Positions 33,204 through 38,921 of a DNA stretch of 38,921 bases are shown piece after piece. The notes under the pieces were generated by a model. It was not told the DNA's origin, did no database searches, and saw only the letters and a list, made by a program, of their open reading frames with translations. A program made the translations under genes and the position numbers. Numbering within the stretch: the first letter of the stretch is position 1; every line of letters starts with the position of its first letter. Source of the DNA: Octopus bimaculoides (taxonomy: Eukaryota); assembly GCF_001194135.2 (NCBI RefSeq), contig NC_068983.1, forward strand, positions 43,995,691-44,034,611, in the 5' to 3' direction.

Positions 33204-33542
33204 TCAGACTGATAACTTGAACAACACCATGTCTGGTTATCTTGTTCTAAATACTGAGAGAAGTTGCCACACCTGACGACCAGCCATAGTTACATGCGAT
33301 AAGGAGGGAGAGAAAGAAAGACGGTAAGGGGGAAATAGAGAAAGTATCTATTGTAAGAGTGTGGAGTGATGTTGGTGGCGTTGGTGGCAAGGCCAATAGC
33401 GAAGGTGTCAGTTTTCTCTGCTGAAGGATGGTTTGTTTATAGAGAGAATTAATCTGAAGTTAATGGTTTAGGATAAAAATGTTATGTACTCTAATTTTAG
33501 AAATAATGAATTGTAACCACAGCAAATTTAATTTTGATGTGA

Positions 33543-34332
33543 TGTGCAAGAGAGACGACTGTGCTGGTATGGTCATGTACTACGTATGGATGAGGATAGC
33601 TGTGTGAAGAAGTGTCACTCCCTAACAGTGGGAGGAACCTGTGGAAGAGGAAGACCCAGGAAGACATGGGATGAGGCAGTGAAGCATGATCATCAAACGT
33701 TGGGCCTCACAGAGGCAATGACAAAAGACTGAGACCTCTGGAGAAATGCTGTGATTGGGAAGACCCAGCAAGGAAAGTGAGATCACAGCCGTAGCCTACA
33801 CCAGTGTCGCATAACCAGCCCACTTAAAAAGTACCTGTGAATTGTCAGGCGACATTCCGTGCATGAGGAGACCTATTGAGTCAAGTAAATCAAAATCAAA
33901 TCAAATCACAATCAAATGGAAATTGTAGTTGTGGTCACTACCAGTGCTGGTGGCCCGTGATAAGCACCATTCATGCATGGGTCACTGCTAGAGCCGCCTG
34001 ACTGGCTCCCCATGCTGGTGGCACATAAAAATCACCATCCGAACGTGGTCGATTCCAGCTCCCCATGCCCCAACTGGCTCTTGTACCGTTGGTACATAAA
34101 AATCACCAGCCAAACATGGCCGATACCAGTGCCGCCTGACTGGCCCCCATGCTGGTGGCATGTAAAAAGCACCCACTACACTCTCGGAGTGGTTGGCATT
34201 AGGAAGAGTATCCAGCTGTGGAAACATTGTCAGATCAGATTGGAGCCCAATGCAGCCTCCTGGTTTGCCAGTCCCCAGTCAAAATGTCCAATCCATGCCA
34301 GCATGGAAAACAGATGTTAAACGATGATGGTG

Positions 34333-34337
<5 letters not shown>
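33543..34337 (+). mobile_element. 5'-truncated RTE LINE: ORF C-terminus plus long 3' UTR
   Basis: RRLCWYGHVLRM…GRGRPRKTW…D*DLWR; UTR with ~65-bp subrepeats; tail GTTAAACGATGATG. Confidence 0.9.
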
Positions 34338-34375
<38 letters not shown>

Positions 34376-34377
<2 letters not shown>

Positions 34378-34956
34378 TCATCATCGTTTAACATCTGCTT
34401 TCCATGCTAGCATGGGTTGGATGATTTGACTGATGAATGGCGAACCAGATGGCTGCACCAGGCTCCAATCTGGTCTGTCAGAGTTCCTACAACTGGATAC
34501 CCTTCCTAACGTCAACCACTCCAAGAGTGTAGTGGGTGCTTTTACGTGCCACCGGCATGAGGGCCAGTCAGGCGGCACTAGTATCGGCCATGCTCAAGTG
34601 GTGTTTTTTACGTGCCACCTGCACAGGAGCCAGTCCAGCAGCACTGGCAACGACCTCGCTTGAATGTTTTTTCACGTGCCAGTAAGGCGATGCTGGTAAT
34701 GATCATACTCGAATGGTGCTTTTTATGTGCCACCGGCATGGAAGCCAGTCAGCTGCTCTGGCAGCGATTACACTCGGATGGTGCTCTTAGCGCTCCACTG
34801 GCACGGGTGCCAGTCATCGAATTTGCGAATTTGATTTAATTTCGATTTCACTTGCCTCAGCAGGTCTTCGCAAACAGAGTTTAGTGTCCAATGAAGGAAA
34901 GGTATGCATAAGTGGGCTGGTTACACCCCTGGCATAGGCCACAGGTTATGGTCTCA
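34376..34956 (-). mobile_element. RTE 3' UTR, tail-to-tail with the previous copy across (TA)n
   Basis: Same tail on the opposite strand; five ~60-65-bp subrepeats. Confidence 0.88.
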
Positions 34957-34959
34957 GGA

Positions 34960-35200
34960 GGGGTTATAACTTTGGTTGTTACCTGGACAACAGCTGCCTT
35001 CAGTGAATCTATAGTATTGTGAAGATGTCGATTAGTCTCCCTTCCAGCAATGTCACTCCAATCGTCCAAGGTTCATGATTTAAATCTGGCAAGTTTGGAG
35101 GCCTCAAGTTTGGTATTACATGACTGTAAAGATTGGCAGCTCTTCACTCTTGGTGCAACAAATCAATGATCAAAGGCATTCCAACCATGACTATCCTTTC
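34960..35200 (-). mobile_element. Decayed Tc1/maT-type transposase C-terminal fragment
   Basis: PNL.PPNLPDLN…RETNRHLHNTIDSLKAAVV (cf. WPP.SPDLNP…HN..SLK.A). Confidence 0.55.
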
Positions 35201-35964
35201 TCTTACACTACTGATCAACATGCTGGTTCCCCCCCACCCCCGTGTACTTTTAACAGTTATTTTGTTAACCCAGGTATTTCAAAGAAAGCACTCCCCACCC
35301 CACCATCGAGTATATGGGATGTGTAAGGGGTGTTTTTTTTTAAGGGCCCCATAGTAAAAGCACATCATCCTTCACACAAACGCTATAAGTCATTTCAAAA
35401 AGAGGACAAAACAAACAATAATAGCCATGACCCCTTAAAGGAGACTTTACCTCTTGACTGTCTCCTCCTTAAATAATAGCAACACTAGAGTGTGTGTGTC
35501 TGTGTCTGTGTGTCCGTTTGTGTATATGTAGTTTTGTGCGTGTGCCATGTATGTATGTGTGTGTGTGTATATATGTGTGTGTTATATGTTTGATAGTGTA
35601 TCTATGTATATCTATTGTTCTTGTTGGTTGTGTGTGTATATGTATGTAGATGTCTATGTGTCCATTTGTATATATGTAGTTTTGTGTGTATGTGTGTATA
35701 TATGTATGTGTGTATGTATAAATGCCTGAGTTACATGTCTGTTAGTGCGTCTGTATATTTGTTGGTTGTGTGTGTGTGTGTGTGTGTGCATCTCACCCAC
35801 CTTCACGCTTCACTGAACTTTACCTGGAGATGAAACACTTACCTGTGTTTTTCTGGGTGATTTGAAATCATTTAAATCTCTCCACCATGGTATAGCAGTT
35901 AAATATACAATATTGCTGTTGTTGTTGTTGCTACTATCACTTATATCACTGTCAATATTATCAT

Positions 35965-36110
35965 CAGAATTGTTAGTGCGTCGGATAAAATGCTTAGTGT
36001 CATTTTCTTCCAGCTGTCTATGTTCTGAGTTCAAATCCCATCGAGGTCAACTTTGCCCTTCATTCTTTTGGGATAGATAAAATAACTGCCAGTCAGGAAC
36101 TGGAGTCGAT
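35965..36110 (+). mobile_element. SINE family B, diverged
   Basis: TGTTCTGAGTTCAAATCCCATCGAGGTCAACTTTGCC. Confidence 0.7.
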
Positions 36111-36115
36111 TATTA

Positions 36116-36363
36116 ACAATGGATAGATAGGTGTCCTCATCTTGTTTGCTGTTTATCACAATGTTTCGGCTGGTGTATTCTCCAGCCTTCATCAGGTGTT
36201 CTGGTGGCATTTCAAACCCAACACCCTATTTGTCTAATGAGGTACACTATTCTCATTCCTAAGGTATGTTGCTGATGTTATTTTTCTGTCAATATTATTT
36301 TTCAAGTCCCTGCCTGGGATTGAACTCAGAATCTGAGGGTTAGTAGCCTGTGCTCTTATCCAG
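36116..36363 (-). mobile_element. SINE family I (tRNA-like head, Penelope-type 3' region)
   Basis: Head GGATAAGAGCACAGGCTACTAACCC…GAGTTCAATCCCAGGCAG; inverted sister copy at 36425-36660. Confidence 0.8.
36155..36200 (-). ncRNA. Degenerate minimal type I hammerhead ribozyme motif
   Basis: CUGAUGA (36195-36189), stem II GGCUGG/CCAGCC, GAAAC (36167-36163); stem III reads ACAU here and ACGU in the sister copy; short stem I CAC/GUG. Confidence 0.6.
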
Positions 36364-36424
36364 TATTAAGGAAAGATAAAATACTAGGTTTATAAGCCCT
36401 AAAATTCATTCTATGATTGCCCAC

Positions 36425-36660
36425 TGGCATATAGCATAGTGGATAAGAATGTGGGCTACTAACACTCAGATTCTAAGTTCAATCCCAGGCAGGGACTTGC
36501 AAAATAATATCAACAGATAAATAATAGTGTACCCCATTGGTCAAATAAAGGACTGGGTTCAAAATCCCACCAGAACACCCGAGAGAACATCAGCCAAAAC
36601 GTTGTGATAACAATAAACAAGATGAGGACACCTGTCCATCCATTGTAAATAATGTACCTA
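36425..36660 (+). mobile_element. SINE family I, with the ribozyme core partly deleted
   Basis: Reverse complement of 36116-36363; CUGAUGA and part of stem II missing. Confidence 0.8.
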
Positions 36661-36821
36661 ATTCCTCATCCCCAAAATATAGTGGAGTCAATGTCATTCA
36701 CTCTCTTTGGAGTCAATGACATTGACTCCAGAGAGTCATTGACTCTCTCTCTCTCTCCCTCTCTTTTCCTAAAATTTCTGGCCTTGTGTCAAAATTTGAA
36801 ACCATCATTATTATTATTATT

Positions 36822-37040
36822 AAGATGGCGAGTTGGCAGAAATGTTAGCACGCCAGGTGAAATGCTTAGCAGTATTTCGTCTGTCTTTGTGTTCTGAGTT
36901 CAAATTCCAGCGAGGTCGACTTTGCCTTTCATCCTTTTGGGGTCGATAAATTAAGTACCAGTTGCGTACTGAGGCCGATCTAATCAACTGGTCCCCTTCC
37001 CAAAAATTTCAGGCCTTGTGCCTAGAGTAGAAAAGAGTAT
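36822..37040 (+). mobile_element. SINE family B, full length; a second diverged copy follows at 37045-37225
   Basis: A box TTGGCAGAAATG, B box GAGTTCAAATTCC, core GGTCGACTTTGCCTTTCATCC…GGGTCGATAAATTAAGTACCAG, tail GCCTTGTGCCTAGAGTAGAAAAG. Confidence 0.92.
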
Positions 37041-37864
37041 TGTTTGCATATCAGATAAAATGTTTGGCAATATTTCTTCTGACTCATTACATTTTGAGTT
37101 CAAATTCTGCTGAGGTCGACTTCGCTTTTCATCCTTTCATGGTCAATAAAATAAATACCAGTTGAACACTGGAATCAGTTTCCTCCTCCTCAAAGCTCCT
37201 TGTCTTGTACCAAAATTAGAAAGAATTATTGTTATTATTAATGATGCTTTTTTTCTTTTACCAATTTCAGTTTAATTTTTTTTTTTTGTTGGTAGTTTTA
37301 GTAATGTTGTCTGAGCAGACCAGTGGTCAATAGCCGTCAAGGATGAAATCCAAATATGTATCCCATTTATTTACAGTTGATAATCTTAACTATGGAAGGA
37401 TATAATGGAAGATGTAAATAATTCCATTGTGGACTACTTCCATTTTTGAAATACTTTCATTTAGCAAGGGTGTACCGGGAGTGGGGCTGAAGGGCATGTG
37501 CCCCACCTCAAGAAAAGAAGTGCACCTTTCTAAATAATGTTATTATGCCCTTTTCTTCTAGAATTGTATTCCCTTCTGACCTTGTGTCCTCCCATCAAAA
37601 AATCCCTGGGATCACGCCTGTTAATAACTGATGAAGTAAAATATCTTCAGGTATATTAGATGCACCACAATTTCAGCAGCATATATTCAGGAACAGAAAT
37701 TTTTGCTGCATTAAACTATGTATTATAGGTCCAATTTTGAATACAGTTTCCATGGTGAATTTTGAACCCTCCTTCTACCTTTTTTTTTTTAAAAGTGAAA
37801 GGTGCATTGTATATGCCCTCAAATATGGTAAATTACAAAAATAATCTATTGAATATTGTTGTTG

Positions 37865-38498
37865 TTTGGTGTTAAGAAGCAAACAATATTGAATCATCTA
37901 GTTCAAATCAGTAAAGTGAAAAAGTTGGATAAGTGGGTTCCACATGAACTCAATGAAAATCAGAAACAGCAGCGTTTGGAAGCCTGCATTATGCTACTTT
38001 CTTGTTACAAAAATGAATTATTTTTTAATGGAATTGTAACATGTGAAGAGAAATGGATCCAATACAACAACCATAAATGTTCAGCACAATGGTTGGACAA
38101 AGACGAGCCACCAAAACACAGTCCAAAAAGCAAAATTTATCAAAAGAAGTTGATGGTGTGTATTTGGTGTCTGGTGCAGGTGTGATCCATTATGATTTCA
38201 TTAAAACTGCCTCATCAATCATGGCTGAAGTATACTGCAGCCAACTGGACCAAATGATGCAGAAACTTACAAAAAAAACAGCCTAGATTAGTCAACAGAT
38301 CCACTCCTGTTTTATTGCAAGACAATACCAGACCACACATCACAAAAATGATATTGGCGAAACTATAGGAGTTGGGAGTTGGAAGTTCTCCATCATCCAC
38401 TATACTAACTTGATCTTGCCCCACTGACTACCACTTCTTCCAGAATTTGGATAACTCTTTGTTAGGAAAAAAATTTAATTCCGATGCTGTAATCCAAA
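37865..38498 (+). mobile_element. Decayed mariner transposase fragment, cecropia (Hsmar1-like) subfamily
   Basis: KKLDKWVPHEL.ENQK, IVTCEEKWI.Y.N, AQWLD, QDNTRPH, DLAPTDYHFF.NLDN; frameshifts; cut by a SINE at 38499. Confidence 0.9.
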
Positions 38499-38726
38499 GA
38501 TACATGTACCCTTAACGCAGTTCTCAGGGAGATTCAGTGTGACACAGACTAGTCCTTTGATAAGGCTGGCCCTTTGAATTACAGGTACGACTCATTTTTG
38601 CCCGCTAGGTGGACTGGAGCAACGTAAAATAAAATGCCTTGCTCAAGGACACAATATACTACTAGGAATCGAACTCGAAACCTTACAATTGTGAGTCAAA
38701 TACCCTATCCACTAAGCCACACACCT
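38499..38726 (-). mobile_element. Chimeric SINE: family D head/body joined to the family C tail
   Basis: 38591-38726 matches the reverse complement of 25759-25892; 38499-38590 matches 4868-4950. Confidence 0.75.
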
Positions 38727-38881
38727 TCAGCAAGCACTAGCAATATGATCCATCAAACAGTCAGATGGAAATTGGTGTGTAAAGATTGAGTGTGTGTGTA
38801 TGTTATAACACCTTTTAAAACACACTGTCTAAATATTTGCTAACTTTACACTCACATTAATGTATCCTTTTTGCCTTTATG

Positions 38882-38884
<3 letters not shown>

Positions 38885-38921
<37 letters not shown>
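38885..38921. repeat. (GT)n microsatellite
   Basis: Visible array to the window end. Confidence 0.97.

Overview
Repeat-saturated eukaryotic DNA with about ten N-gaps. The SINE repertoire, microsatellite load and draft-assembly style suggest an octopus (coleoid cephalopod) genome; this is inferred, not checked against a database. Most ORFs in the track are microsatellite or N-gap artefacts. Mobile content: at least five tRNA-headed SINE families (my labels A, B, C, D, I), several RTE-clade LINE relics (one with three C-terminal C2H2 fingers), a CRE-clade restriction-like-endonuclease retrotransposon relic, three distinct Tc1/mariner lineages (maT/Bmmar1-like, irritans-like, cecropia/Hsmar1-like), a hAT MITE, a Helentron-type (HINE/DINE-1-like) non-autonomous element and other MITEs. 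Best non-repeat signals: (1) a GC-rich, splice-site-bounded plus-strand exon pair at 29016-29377 with a lipocalin-like sequence whose GxW tryptophan codon is TGA, overlapped in codon register by an intact 88-aa antisense ORF with a signal-peptide-like N-terminus; (2) a 42-nt exon candidate at 13811-13852 next to an old tandem-duplicated block; (3) a minus-strand signal-peptide exon at 6563-6647; (4) a tRNA-headed SINE carrying a Penelope-type minimal hammerhead ribozyme core, present as an inverted pair at 36116-36660. Repeat coordinates were read by eye and edges may be off by 10-20 bp.
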